From the NCBI GenBank assembly GCA_963695875.1, contig CAVOID010000007.1:64001-128000 (forward strand): 64,000 bases of DNA. Reading direction: 5' to 3'. The stretch is from an uncultured delta proteobacterium. Its GTDB lineage: Bacteria > Desulfobacterota > Syntrophia > Syntrophales > UBA2185. The position numbers were made by a program, and so were the translations under genes. Numbering within the stretch: position 1 is the first letter of the stretch; every line of letters starts with the position of its first letter. The notes below the pieces were generated by a model, which saw only the letters and a program-made list of their open reading frames with translations, searched no databases and had not been told where the DNA came from. Positions 52,562-63,395 of this stretch are shown here, one piece after another.

Positions 52562-53931
52562 ATGAAGGCAAAAAGTACTATTTTAGTTGTGGATGACGAT
52601 CTTGCGCATAGGACAATGCTGCGGACGCTGCTCGGCGGATGGGGCTATGATGTTGCTGAGGCCGATGACGGGGAGAAAGCTATCGAAGCTGTTCATCAGA
52701 AGCCTTTTGATCTGATACTGATGGATATCCGCATGGTCAGGGTCTCCGGATTGGAAGCCCTCGCAGAGATAAAGAAATTAAATCCCGCCATTCCCGTAGT
52801 AATCATGACTGCCTATGCCTCGGTAGAAACGGCTGTAAAGGCCCTGAAAGAAGGGGCCTACGATTACCTTACCAAGCCACTCGATTTCGACGAACTGAAG
52901 TTTACCATCGAGCGGGCCATGGAACACACCCGCTTGAAGGAGGAAAACCGCCACCTCCGGGAGAGTCTTGCTTCCCAATTTAACAGGCAAAACCTGATCG
53001 GGCGCAGTCCCGCTATGGCAAGACTTATGGACACTATCGCCCAGGTTGCGCCTTCCGAGGCAACGGTTCTGATTACCGGCGAATCCGGTACCGGAAAAGA
53101 AATGATCGCGGGAGCCATCCATTTTAACAGCCTGCGGAAAGACGGACCTTTTGTGAAAATCAACTGCGCAGCGATTACCGAAACCCTTCTCGAATCCGAG
53201 CTCTTCGGCCATGAGAAAGGCGCCTTTACCGGCGCCGACAGAAGGAAGGAAGGAAAATTCCGGCAGGCCGAAGGCGGCACCATATTCCTGGATGAGGTCA
53301 GCGAAATGTCCCCGGCCATGCAGGTCAAGTTGTTACGCGTTTTACAGGAAAGAGAAATCACCCGTGTCGGAGGTGATGAAGTTATCAAGGTCGATGTACG
53401 GGTTATCGCGGCCACCAATAAAGACCTGATACGTGAGATGGAAGCCGGTCGTTTCCGCGATGATCTCTATTACCGTCTGAATGTGGTAACGATTAATGTA
53501 CCTCCCTTGAGGGAGCGGAGGGAAGACATACCCCTCATTGCACAGCACTTTCTCAATATGTTTGCTGAAGAAAAATCATAAAAACATCAAGGGATTCACC
53601 CCTCAGGTCATGGATCGGCTTCTGAAATACAACTGGCCGGGCAATGTCCGGGAACTTATGAATGCCGTGGAACGGGGGGTTGTGCTTTCACGCTCGGATT
53701 ATTTGGATGAAGGAGAGTTAGTTCTCGCCCTCCGGGACCATATACTGCCGGAAGACAGCCTCTTTACTGAAAATATCAACGGAGGAGATGCCCCTGGAAG
53801 CGGTTGAGAAGGAGGCGATAATGAAAACACTGGAAATGGCCGGTGGAAACAAAAGCGAAGCAGCCAGGCGGCTCGGCATCACCAGGCGTACCCTGCATAT
53901 GAAACTAAAAAAATATGGAATGATGATGTAA
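52562..53931 (+). CDS. zraR: ZraR/NtrC-family sigma-54 response regulator (frameshifts ~53575 and ~53790)
   Basis: [25 protein letters not shown], Fis [15 protein letters not shown]. Confidence 0.88.
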
Positions 53932-53948
53932 AAGTTAATGGAGTTAAA

Positions 53949-54067
53949 TGTCATTCCGGTGAACCGAAGCCCTGAACGTAGTGAAGGGGAATGTGAGGAA
54001 TCTTTTAATATACCTTCTTTTGGTCGGGACAAAGATTTCTCAGTCACTCTGTTCCTTCGAAATGACA
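53949..54067. repeat. REP-like inverted pair between convergent genes
   Basis: TGTCATTCCG...GAGGAATCT and AGATTTCTC...CGAAATGACA. Confidence 0.65.
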
Positions 54068-54086
54068 CCCTTTTTGCAGTTTGGTA

Positions 54087-55145
54087 CTAAATCAAACCGG
54101 CAACAAGGTCGCCTACATCGCTTGTTGAATAACCCATCTGGCCGGCACTGAGGCTTTTAATTTTTCCCCCTACAACTATTTTTACAGATTTTTCTACAGC
54201 CATTGCAGCCGTTTCTTCTCCCAATGTCTCCAGCATCATCTGACCGGCCATGATCGCGGCCAGCGGATTGACTACATTCAAGCCTGTATATTTAGGCGCC
54301 GAACCGCCAATGGGCTCGAACATGGAAACACCCTGGGGATTTATATTGCCGCCTGCGGCTATGCCCATACCTCCCTGGATCATCGCCCCAAGGTCTGTTA
54401 TGATGTCACCGAACATATTATCCGTCACGATAACGTCGAACCATTCGGGGTTTTTTACCATCCACATGCAGACCGCATCCACATGGGCGTAATCGGTCTT
54501 GATATCGGGATATTCCTTAGCCACTTCGTAGAATGTCCTTTCCCATAGGTCGAATGCATACGTCAGCACATTCGTCTTACCGCAAAGCGTCAGCTTCTTA
54601 GCCTTGTTGCGCTTGCGGCAGTATTCGAAGGCAAATCTTACACATCGCTCCACTCCCTTGCGCGTGTTTACGGATTCCTGTATGGCGATCTCATCCGGCG
54701 TGCCTTTCTTTAAAAACCCGCCCGCACCCGCGTAGAGGCCTTCGCTGTTTTCCCGGACAACAACAAAATCTATATCTTCCGGTTTCTTGTCTTTCAAAGG
54801 CGTATCCACTCCGGGATACAGTATGACCGGCCTCAGATTTATATACTGGTCCAGGCTGAAACGAAGCTTAAGCAGTATGCCTTTTTCCAGGATGCCCGGG
54901 TTGACATCGGGGTGGCCGATGGCGCCCAGGTAGATTGCGTCATACTTCCTCAGTTCTTCAAGCGTTTCATCGCTCAACACTTCGCCGGTACGCTTATATC
55001 GCTCACCACCCAGATCGTAATGGGAGAGATCCAGTTTGAAGCCGAACCTTGCCGATGCAGCCTTCAGGACTTTCAGTCCTTCTGCAATAACCTCGGGCCC
55101 TGTTCCGTCTCCGGGAATAACAGCGATTCTGTATGACTTTCCCAT
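54087..55145 (-). CDS. leuB: 3-isopropylmalate dehydrogenase
   Basis: [34 protein letters not shown]. Confidence 0.92.
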   Translation of the reverse strand: MGKSYRIAVIPGDGTGPEVIAEGLKVLKAASARFGFKLDLSHYDLGGERYKRTGEVLSDETLEELRKYDAIYLGAIGHPDVNPGILEKGILLKLRFSLDQYINLRPVILYPGVDTPLKDKKPEDIDFVVVRENSEGLYAGAGGFLKKGTPDEIAIQESVNTRKGVERCVRFAFEYCRKRNKAKKLTLCGKTNVLTYAFDLWERTFYEVAKEYPDIKTDYAHVDAVCMWMVKNPEWFDVIVTDNMFGDIITDLGAMIQGGMGIAAGGNINPQGVSMFEPIGGSAPKYTGLNVVNPLAAIMAGQMMLETLGEETAAMAVEKSVKIVVGGKIKSLSAGQMGYSTSDVGDLVAGLI

Positions 55146-55174
55146 TATTTTATCCTCCTGCGTGAATAGTTTGC

Positions 55175-55735
55175 TTATAATCCCAGCCGATCGCTGATTT
55201 CTTTCATCGCCTGCAGACATATCTCTGCAAATTCGTCTAGTGAAAGACCTAGTTTTTCACATTCCATAATCGTATCCCGATTGACGGATGCCGCAAAGGC
55301 CTTTTCCTTCATTCTTTTAGTTACTGACTTTGTCTTGACGCTCGCCAGTTTTTTATCAGGATAGACAAGGGCAGTGGCAACGATCAGGCCGGTGATGGTC
55401 TCGCCGGCGGCCAGGGCGTGATGGAATACAGAATTGCGTTTCATTCCCCAGGCCGTTTCATTGTGCATTTTGATCGCATCGATAATCTCCGGATCGATGC
55501 CTCTTTCGCTGAGAATCCTCTCTGTTTCCAGCGTATGGATGGATAGATCATCATTCACAATTTCCAAATCCAGATCATGGAGCAATCCTGCAATACCCCA
55601 CTTTTCATCATCTTCCCCCAACCTGCGAGCCAGTGCCTTCATCACCGCTTCGGATGCATAACAATGAGACAACATTCTCTCATTCTTGATGCGCTGGTTC
55701 AACAACTCAATCGCTTCTTCTCTAGTAATAGTCAT
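55175..55735 (-). CDS. HDIG/HD domain hydrolase
   Basis: GLLHDLD, KRMKEKAFAASV. Confidence 0.85.
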   Translation of the reverse strand: MTITREEAIELLNQRIKNERMLSHCYASEAVMKALARRLGEDDEKWGIAGLLHDLDLEIVNDDLSIHTLETERILSERGIDPEIIDAIKMHNETAWGMKRNSVFHHALAAGETITGLIVATALVYPDKKLASVKTKSVTKRMKEKAFAASVNRDTIMECEKLGLSLDEFAEICLQAMKEISDRLGL

Positions 55736-55996
55736 GTGTTATCCCCTGCTTTGAGTTTATTATCGGTTCGTTTTAAAAAATAGTGTCACGCGAGACACGA
55801 ACCTGCAAAACGGTAGGATAGGCATCCCGCCCGTTTGTAAAATTGAATAGAATAAAATTGGTGTTAGTTACTAACACATCCCCGCAACAGTTACAATTTG
55901 TTTCCTCTCTTATATAAAGCGAGGGGTAAAAATGTACTTGTCAAGATTATAATTAATTGTTACAAAATAATAAAAAATCTATAAGGATGGACAGCC

Positions 55997-56932
55997 ATGG
56001 GAGAAGGCATTTCGGACTATACAAAATTTACCGTCGATCTGCGCAGACACATGTGGAAGGCAGGGGTGGAAATTGAACTGCGCCGGCTCATATGGCAGAT
56101 CGCTGTCATGGGGAAATACATCTCCGCTAAAATTCATGAGTCAAATCGGAAACTGGCGGGCCTCAGGAACATTTACGGTGAAGAGCAGCTGACTCTGGAC
56201 AGAAGCGCCGACGAAATTCTCAAGAACCAGCTCGAGTATTCAGGGTTTGTCCGGGAATACGCATCAGAAGAACAGGATTCAGTGATTCAGATCGGCAAGG
56301 GAGAAGAAAAGTACTTCATCACTGCAGATCCCCTGGACGGCTCTTCCTTGGTCGATACCAATCTGGCCATAGGAACGATAATCGGCATTCATAAAGAACC
56401 GATATTGGCCGAAGGGAGAAAAACGTTGGCGGCGGCCATGTACATCACATATGGCCCGCTGATTACGATGGTCTATTCCGCGGGAAAGGGAACCCACGAA
56501 TTTGTGTTGAATAGAGAAGGGGAATACGTTCTTTCCGAGGAAAGCATCACTTTGAAGGAAAGGGGAGACATATACGGCTTGGGTGGTTTGAGAAAGGACT
56601 GGACTCCGGGACACCTCAAATATATAGAATTCTTGGAAAACGAAGGATACAAGCTCCGTTACAGCGGAGGGTTTGTGCCCGATATCAACCAGGTGCTGAT
56701 CAAGAGAGGGGGTATCTTTACATACCCTGCACTCAAGAAGAGCCCCAATGGGAAGTTACGGCTTCTGTTTGAACTTCAACCCATGGCATTCATCATTGAA
56801 CAGGCCGGAGGTATGGCCACGGACGGCAAAAGGGATATCCTATCCATCAACGTGGCGGAACTTAATCAACGTTGTCCGATTTACATCGGAAGCCGTTTTG
56901 AGGTGGAAAAGGCGAAGGAATTTCTTGCCTAA
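55997..56932 (+). CDS. fbp: Class I fructose-1,6-bisphosphatase
   Basis: SEE, DPLDGSS, LRYSG, GKLRLLFE. Confidence 0.93.
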   Translation: MGEGISDYTKFTVDLRRHMWKAGVEIELRRLIWQIAVMGKYISAKIHESNRKLAGLRNIYGEEQLTLDRSADEILKNQLEYSGFVREYASEEQDSVIQIGKGEEKYFITADPLDGSSLVDTNLAIGTIIGIHKEPILAEGRKTLAAAMYITYGPLITMVYSAGKGTHEFVLNREGEYVLSEESITLKERGDIYGLGGLRKDWTPGHLKYIEFLENEGYKLRYSGGFVPDINQVLIKRGGIFTYPALKKSPNGKLRLLFELQPMAFIIEQAGGMATDGKRDILSINVAELNQRCPIYIGSRFEVEKAKEFLA

Positions 56933-56957
56933 AAGCTAATGGTGGAGGGCGAATGCT

Positions 56958-58358
56958 ATGGCTACGACCTATGAAAGCATCGATCAATTGAAAAAAGGCT
57001 TGGAAGGGATTCTAAAGATTTCAGATGGAGATGTACATGTGCTGGATGGCGTAAAGCTGCGGAGTATCCTCATTGACGACCTTATCTTTACGGCAGTATT
57101 CAGTACTCAGGAAGAGACCAGGAAAGCCGCCCGGTGGTTGATACGCAGGGCAGGAGCTGCCCTGGAAATTCTTTCAACGTCTATCCAACCCCTTTATGAG
57201 GCCATGGGTCGTAAAGAAGTATCGGGCTTCACGGTACCGGCCATTAATATCAGGGCTCTCACCTATGATGTTGCCCAGGCCGTGCTCCGTGCCGCCATGA
57301 AGGGTAAAGCCGGTCCCGTGATCTTTGAAATTGCCCGTTCGGAAATCGACTATACCCTTCAGCGTCCCGAGGAGTATACCTGTGCAGTGACAGCCGCGGC
57401 AATCAAGGTTGGGTATGAGGGACCTCTCTTCCTCCAGGGCGATCATTTTCAGCTGAGTGCGAAAAAATTTGTCTCCGAGCCTGCTAAGGAAGTTCAGAAA
57501 GTTAAAGACCTGATCTGGGAAGCCATCGAGGCGGGGTTTTACAATATCGACATCGATTCCTCGACTCTTGTGGATTTATCAAAACCGACGGTGATGGAGC
57601 AGCAGAAAACGAACTACAGCCTTGCCGCGGAGTTGACTACAATGATAAGGGATCTTGAGCCGGCTGGTATGACGATTTCTGTGGGCGGTGAAATCGGAGA
57701 GGTTGGCGGGAAAAACAGTACGGTGGAAGAATTGCAAGCCTTTATGTCCGGCTATTTGAAGGACTTGGAAAAGGGCGGCGAAGATATGAAAGGCATCAGC
57801 AAGATCAGTGTGCAGTCAGGTACAACCCACGGAGGTGTTCCCCTGCCGGATGGAACTATCGCCAAGGTCAAGCTGGACTTTGATACCCTGGAAAAACTGT
57901 CCGAAGTTGCAAGGAAAGAGTACGGTCTTGCCGGCGCTGTCCAGCACGGAGCTTCCACTCTGCCCAATGAGGCTTTTGACAGGTTTCCGAAGACCGGCAC
58001 AGCGGAAATCCATCTGGCAACGGGATTTCAAAATATGATCTATGACAGCAAACACCTTCCGGGCGCTCTCAGGGATCAGATATATCAGTACATAAAAAAG
58101 GAGCTGATAGGCGAGAAAAAAGATACGGATACGGAAGAGCAGTTTATCTACAAGACCCGGAAAAAGGGTTTCGGTCCGTTCAAAAAAGAACTGTGGCATC
58201 TCCCCAAAGAGGCGTTACGGGCTATCAGCGATGAGCTGGAAAACCAGTTTACTTTCCTTTTTGAAAAACTGAACGTCAAAAACAACGCTGCCGTTGTTAC
58301 GAAATACATTAAGCCCATCGATGTCCCGCTAAAAGTGCCTGAAGCCCTGAAGGCATAG
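56958..58358 (+). CDS. Class II fructose-bisphosphate aldolase family protein
   Basis: QGDH, GEIGEVGG, GTTHGG, VQHGAS; adjacent to fbp. Confidence 0.85.
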   Translation: MATTYESIDQLKKGLEGILKISDGDVHVLDGVKLRSILIDDLIFTAVFSTQEETRKAARWLIRRAGAALEILSTSIQPLYEAMGRKEVSGFTVPAINIRALTYDVAQAVLRAAMKGKAGPVIFEIARSEIDYTLQRPEEYTCAVTAAAIKVGYEGPLFLQGDHFQLSAKKFVSEPAKEVQKVKDLIWEAIEAGFYNIDIDSSTLVDLSKPTVMEQQKTNYSLAAELTTMIRDLEPAGMTISVGGEIGEVGGKNSTVEELQAFMSGYLKDLEKGGEDMKGISKISVQSGTTHGGVPLPDGTIAKVKLDFDTLEKLSEVARKEYGLAGAVQHGASTLPNEAFDRFPKTGTAEIHLATGFQNMIYDSKHLPGALRDQIYQYIKKELIGEKKDTDTEEQFIYKTRKKGFGPFKKELWHLPKEALRAISDELENQFTFLFEKLNVKNNAAVVTKYIKPIDVPLKVPEALKA

Positions 58359-58455
58359 GCCCTTCACTTTCTTTACTAAAGTCAATCTCAGCATCCTTTT
58401 CTAACGGGGTTGGGGTATTTTAAAAGATATGGCAATTCTGGTGATATAATATCAA

Positions 58456-59397
58456 CTATTCCCCGTTCGTGACCGATTCGTCACGGACTTTCTGTTTCAG
58501 CTTCCTGGCCACGCTCAGAACGGTGCTGGCATAGATGTCACTATGATTGTAAGCAAGGATTACCCGGTGCTGTTTCTTCGCACTGATGCCGCACCTCCAG
58601 CCGTGCGCGCTCAGATAGTTGGCCACACTATGAATGGCGTCCTGTTCTGAAAAGAGGTTGATGAGTCCGTCTTTGTCCGCATCGACACCATACTCAGAAA
58701 CCTTCGAGGGCATAAACTGGCACAGTCCTATGGCCCCATAAAGTGAACCGGGAATACTTAGCGGGTCGATACCCCTTTCCGCGGAATACCTGAGCAGGGC
58801 TTTAAGCTCTTCATAAGCCCATTCGGCCTTTTGGCGGCAGCGCTGCTTCGCAAAATCCTCATTTTTCTTAGTAATCAGATCGGGCGCGAGATAGGGCCGG
58901 ATGGATTCCAGATCGGAACTCGAAGCCATGCTTGCCAGCGTATTGAATGCGCCCCGGTCTCCCAGATTCCGGCCAAGCTCGGTTTCCACCAGCAGGATTG
59001 ATACGACAATTTCTTTTGGAACACAGTATTCCTCACTTATTCTCTGCAAAGTCACACTATTTTTCTCTGCATAGGAGCGTGCCCCGGCAATGACATCGGG
59101 TCTTAAGAAGCGGGCATAGGCGATCCTTATCTTGCGGGCATAAGCAGAGTCATGTTTTTTGGAGCGATTTTTTATGAGTTCCTTCAGTTTACATGACATG
59201 ACACCCGGATCGAATTGAACACCCGGCTCGGAAAAAAGTTTTCTTACCGTCTGTTCATCGAATTTATCAGCCACAAGGCGCTCAATAAGCGGTGTCCAGT
59301 CCGCACTAGCTGAAGCAGGAAAAATAAACAGAGCCGCAGAAAAAAGTAAAACCAGAATACGTGAGGATAAATGACAGGCCATCTCAAACCTCTTCAA
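58456..59397 (-). CDS. Lytic murein transglycosylase (MltB/SLT_2-like)
   Basis: ILLVETELG, GAIGLCQFMPS, SVANYL, YNHS. Confidence 0.88.
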   Translation of the reverse strand: MKRFEMACHLSSRILVLLFSAALFIFPASASADWTPLIERLVADKFDEQTVRKLFSEPGVQFDPGVMSCKLKELIKNRSKKHDSAYARKIRIAYARFLRPDVIAGARSYAEKNSVTLQRISEEYCVPKEIVVSILLVETELGRNLGDRGAFNTLASMASSSDLESIRPYLAPDLITKKNEDFAKQRCRQKAEWAYEELKALLRYSAERGIDPLSIPGSLYGAIGLCQFMPSKVSEYGVDADKDGLINLFSEQDAIHSVANYLSAHGWRCGISAKKQHRVILAYNHSDIYASTVLSVARKLKQKVRDESVTNGE

Positions 59398-59420
59398 ATG
59401 ATTTATGGAAACCCACTTTC

Positions 59421-60311
59421 TTATATATTCGGTAATCTGGAGAAAATATTTAATGCATTTTTACCCAGGACATTTTCCAGATGTTTTTCGGGAACAATCC
59501 TTTCAATAAAATCAAGGTACGCATCAATAGGGGCGAGCGGCCAATCGCTGCCGAAAAGAATTTTATCCCAGCTTATGGCATAAATAAGGGCATGGCGAAA
59601 TTCATTGAGAACGAGGGGCTCGTTCCCCATCTCCTGAAAGTAAGTGCGGCTTCCCACCAGGAGCCCCGAAATATCTGTCCATACATTCGGGTTTTTCCGC
59701 ACGATCTCTGCGGTGTCCTTTACCCACGGGTCTCCCAGGTGCGCAATGACAAAGATATTCCGCCGGTGCGTCACAGCCAGTTCGTCGATTGCGAGCGGAT
59801 GGGAATACTTGAGCAGGCCCCGATCAGAGAAGGTATCCCCGCTGTGAATGACAACAGGAAGATTAAATTGAGCTGCCAGTTCATAGATCGGAGCATAAAC
59901 CGGATCATTCACGGGGAAATGATAGTAGCCGGGATACATCTTGATTCCGACAGCCTTGGGATGCCGCAGCGCCTTTTCAATCTTTTCCAGGGACGTATTA
60001 GAAAGTTCATGAGGATTGATCCCCGGGCAGAAATAGAGCTCTTCAGGCCATGAGTCGGACATATCAAGCGTCATCGGATTCGGTGAAGCCGTGTCAGGAA
60101 ATCCAAGGCGGGATGTTTCCTGAAGCCCCATTGCAACAGCCGCCCGGACATTATTGCGCGCCAACTCTGTCCGAAGACCGGTAAATGAATAATCGCAGCC
60201 TGATTCTTTCTCAGCCGCTTCCTGGAAGCTTGCTATTTTTGAGAAATGGATATGCGCATCGATGATAAGCATTGTATGAAATCGTATAAGAGAAATATGT
60301 TTGTATGTCAA
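59421..60311 (-). CDS. Amidohydrolase_2 family protein
   Basis: IDAHIH, IHSG, AHLG, FGSDWP. Confidence 0.88.
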   Translation of the reverse strand: MTYKHISLIRFHTMLIIDAHIHFSKIASFQEAAEKESGCDYSFTGLRTELARNNVRAAVAMGLQETSRLGFPDTASPNPMTLDMSDSWPEELYFCPGINPHELSNTSLEKIEKALRHPKAVGIKMYPGYYHFPVNDPVYAPIYELAAQFNLPVVIHSGDTFSDRGLLKYSHPLAIDELAVTHRRNIFVIAHLGDPWVKDTAEIVRKNPNVWTDISGLLVGSRTYFQEMGNEPLVLNEFRHALIYAISWDKILFGSDWPLAPIDAYLDFIERIVPEKHLENVLGKNALNIFSRLPNI

Positions 60312-60509
60312 TCAGAAATGGTCAAAAAAGCTATTGTATATAGATAAGGAATTGGCGGGGGCCTTCCACCTATGGCGGAAGGTTAAATGTTACACTATAA
60401 AAGCCAAGAAGAACTGCAAGAAAGCTGTGGAAGAACCGGAAAAGACGTGTTAAGGAAGAGACCCGAATAAACCTATCCTACTTACAGCGGAAATAATACC
60501 TGATAACTT

Positions 60510-62174
60510 ATGGACTGGATCAAAAATAAAAAAATTATCTTTTTTGTCATACCATTCATAATTTATGTAGCGCTCCTGGCAGTTATGCCCTTAATGGAGC
60601 CGGATGAGGGACGCTACAGTACCATCCCCAGCGAAATGAATCATACCGGAGATTATGTAACACCCCATTTAAAGGGAACGGTCTATCTGGAAAAGCCGCC
60701 TTTGTGCTACTGGGCGACGGCTCTGGCATTTAAAATCTTCGGAGAGAATGAATTCTCTTCCAGGTTGTTTACCGCAGTATGTGCCTGGGGATGCATCCTC
60801 CTCGTTTATTCCATAGGAACTTTTTTTCATGACTCAAAAACAGGGTTTTACGCGGCCGCTGTTCTGACGACATCCCTGTACCATTTCGCTATCGGAAGGA
60901 TTAATATCCTGGATATGCCTTTGGCGTTCTTTGTCTGTCTTGCCATATGGTTTGGATATAGATATTTTTCGGGAGGCGAATATGCAAAGAAGAGGATTTA
61001 TCTTTTTTATCTTTCCTGCGCTCTCGCTTTTCTGACAAAAGGACTGATCGGTATAGTCTTTCCTTTTGCCGTTATTGTGATATGGCTTTTGTTCTCCAAA
61101 AAGTGGCGTGATATATTCAGACTTTTCTCGCCTGTAGGAATTTTAATCTTCCTGGCCGTTGCCGGGCCCTGGTTGATTCTTGTTCAAAGGGCTAACAAAG
61201 ACTTCTTCTGGTTTTTCTTTGTCCAGGAGCATTTCCTCAGATATACAACAACCATGCACTCCAGAAACGAGCCATTTTATTTTTATATCCCGATAATAAT
61301 TGCGGGTACAATGCCCTGGTGCGCATTTCTGTTGAGAGCCGTAAAAGAAAGTGGAATAAGAATAATCTCTCTTTTTGATTTCACGGAAAAGGTTTTTTTA
61401 CTCACATGGGCAGGCTTTATTTTTCTCTTCTTTTCCATTTCCTCATCCAAGCTTATTCCCTACATCGCCCCTGTTTTCCTGCCGCTGGCGGTCTTCTTGG
61501 GTCACATTTTCAGGGTCCATGACGATGACTGGGAGCGGAATCTTAACAAGAGCCGGCCATCAGGAATTCTCTATCATCTGCCAGCGGTCGTGCAATCGAT
61601 ATTATTCATTGCGGGGCTTCTCATCCCGTCCTTTCTTAATGAACACAGCATACCTTTTCGGGCGTGGTGGCCATGGGTGATCGTTCCTATTTTATTGGTG
61701 ATCGCGATGATGACTTTACCTGATATCGTCAGGAAAAAATGGGGCAGAGGCTGGTTTATGACAATTTATGCAATCTCGTTCCTTTTTTTGAGTTTGCTGG
61801 TATTCCCCATGGCCCAATTCATGACACCTTATAAATCCGCCTATCCGGTTGCCAAAATCGTAAAGGATTACGTTCCCGCCGGTAAGGAGCTTTATCAGTA
61901 TGGGATGTCGCTTTACGGTATTGATTTTTATACGGGGACGAGAACACCCGTTGTGGATGACATCGGTGAATTGCGGCCTGGTGTGGAAAAACTGCCCCCG
62001 GAAGAACGGGCTCATTATTTCCTCACTTCTGATGAGTTTTTCAGACGTTATCAGGAAAAGAAAGAAATCTTCTGCGTGACGGAACGTGAAAATGTGGAAA
62101 AGCTGAGAAAAAAGGTAAACTTTTTGAATATTCTGTGGAATAATGATAGTTATTACCTACTACACCTCAAATAG
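60510..62174 (+). CDS. arnT: ArnT/GT39-like lipid A glycosyltransferase
   Basis: EPDEGRY, YLEKPP, LTKG, multiple TM segments. Confidence 0.85.
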   Translation: MDWIKNKKIIFFVIPFIIYVALLAVMPLMEPDEGRYSTIPSEMNHTGDYVTPHLKGTVYLEKPPLCYWATALAFKIFGENEFSSRLFTAVCAWGCILLVYSIGTFFHDSKTGFYAAAVLTTSLYHFAIGRINILDMPLAFFVCLAIWFGYRYFSGGEYAKKRIYLFYLSCALAFLTKGLIGIVFPFAVIVIWLLFSKKWRDIFRLFSPVGILIFLAVAGPWLILVQRANKDFFWFFFVQEHFLRYTTTMHSRNEPFYFYIPIIIAGTMPWCAFLLRAVKESGIRIISLFDFTEKVFLLTWAGFIFLFFSISSSKLIPYIAPVFLPLAVFLGHIFRVHDDDWERNLNKSRPSGILYHLPAVVQSILFIAGLLIPSFLNEHSIPFRAWWPWVIVPILLVIAMMTLPDIVRKKWGRGWFMTIYAISFLFLSLLVFPMAQFMTPYKSAYPVAKIVKDYVPAGKELYQYGMSLYGIDFYTGTRTPVVDDIGELRPGVEKLPPEERAHYFLTSDEFFRRYQEKKEIFCVTERENVEKLRKKVNFLNILWNNDSYYLLHLK

Positions 62175-62188
62175 ATAAAAAGCATGAT

Positions 62189-63337
62189 ATGAAGATCAGA
62201 GAAGAATTCTTACCGCTGTCGAGGCCGTCTATTAGCGATAGAGAGATTGAAGGCGTTGTTGAATGTCTGAAATCCGGATGGATTACCACCGGCCCCGTCT
62301 GTAAGTCATTTGAAAATAAATTCTGTGAATTGACGGGGGCGTTCCATGCGATATCCCTGACTTCCGCCACGGCCGGGATGCACCTTGTGCTTCTTGCCCT
62401 GGGCGTCGGCGAAGGTGATGAGATCATAACACCCTCCATGACATTCGCCTCCACGATTAATATGATTGCCATGCTTAAAGCGGAACCGGTTTTTGTTGAT
62501 ATCCACTATGACACCTTAAACATAAATGCAGATAAGATAGAGGGAAAAATCAGCCGCAAAACTAAGGCCATTATACCGGTTCATTTTGCCGGCGCGCCTG
62601 TCGATATGGACGGGATTATTGAAATTGCGAAACGACACCGTCTTGCCATTATTGAGGATGCAGCCCATGCCGTCGGTACGTATTATAAAGGCATCCATGC
62701 GGGGGGATTCGGACAGATCGCCATTTTTTCTTTTCATCCGATAAAGAATATTACCAGCGGTGAGGGTGGTATGATAACGCACAGTGATGAAAAACTGGAA
62801 AATCAGTTAAGACTTTTAAGATTTCATGGTATTGAAAGAGATGCATGGAAGCGTTACGGGAAAGGGGGAAACCCGGAGTATGATATTCATCGGCCGGGGT
62901 TCAAGTACAATCTGACGGATATACAGGCGGCCCTAGGGCTTGCCCAGTTGTCAAGACTGGATGAGATCAATCATCGCAGAAGTGAAATCGCCGGATTGTA
63001 CATGGAAGGGCTGAAAGGTGCAGAAGGTCTTGAATTGCCCGGAGTACCGGATTATCCGCATGTTCATGCGTGGCACCTGTTTATCGTTAAGATTCTGTCC
63101 ATGGATCGGGGCAACTTTATGGAAAAACTCTCTCAGTACAATATCGGCTATGGTCTTCATTTCCCGGCCTGTCACCTTTTAAGTTATGTCAAAAAACAGT
63201 TTGCAACCGGCATGGGGATGCTTCCCGAAACGGAGCGCGCCGCGGATAAGATCATTTCCCTTCCGCTTTTTCCTGACATGAAGAATGATGATGTTTTCTA
63301 TGTTTGCGAGGCGATAAGGGAGATATTAAAAGGTTAG
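62189..63337 (+). CDS. arnB: ArnB/DegT-family PLP aminotransferase
   Basis: SGWITTGP, IEDAAHA, FSFHPIKNITSGEGG. Confidence 0.88.
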   Translation: MKIREEFLPLSRPSISDREIEGVVECLKSGWITTGPVCKSFENKFCELTGAFHAISLTSATAGMHLVLLALGVGEGDEIITPSMTFASTINMIAMLKAEPVFVDIHYDTLNINADKIEGKISRKTKAIIPVHFAGAPVDMDGIIEIAKRHRLAIIEDAAHAVGTYYKGIHAGGFGQIAIFSFHPIKNITSGEGGMITHSDEKLENQLRLLRFHGIERDAWKRYGKGGNPEYDIHRPGFKYNLTDIQAALGLAQLSRLDEINHRRSEIAGLYMEGLKGAEGLELPGVPDYPHVHAWHLFIVKILSMDRGNFMEKLSQYNIGYGLHFPACHLLSYVKKQFATGMGMLPETERAADKIISLPLFPDMKNDDVFYVCEAIREILKG

Positions 63338-63395
63338 TTGCCGCGGAACTGAGTTTGGCACGGCTGATTCATTCAAAAAGAATAGAGGTTATTTC

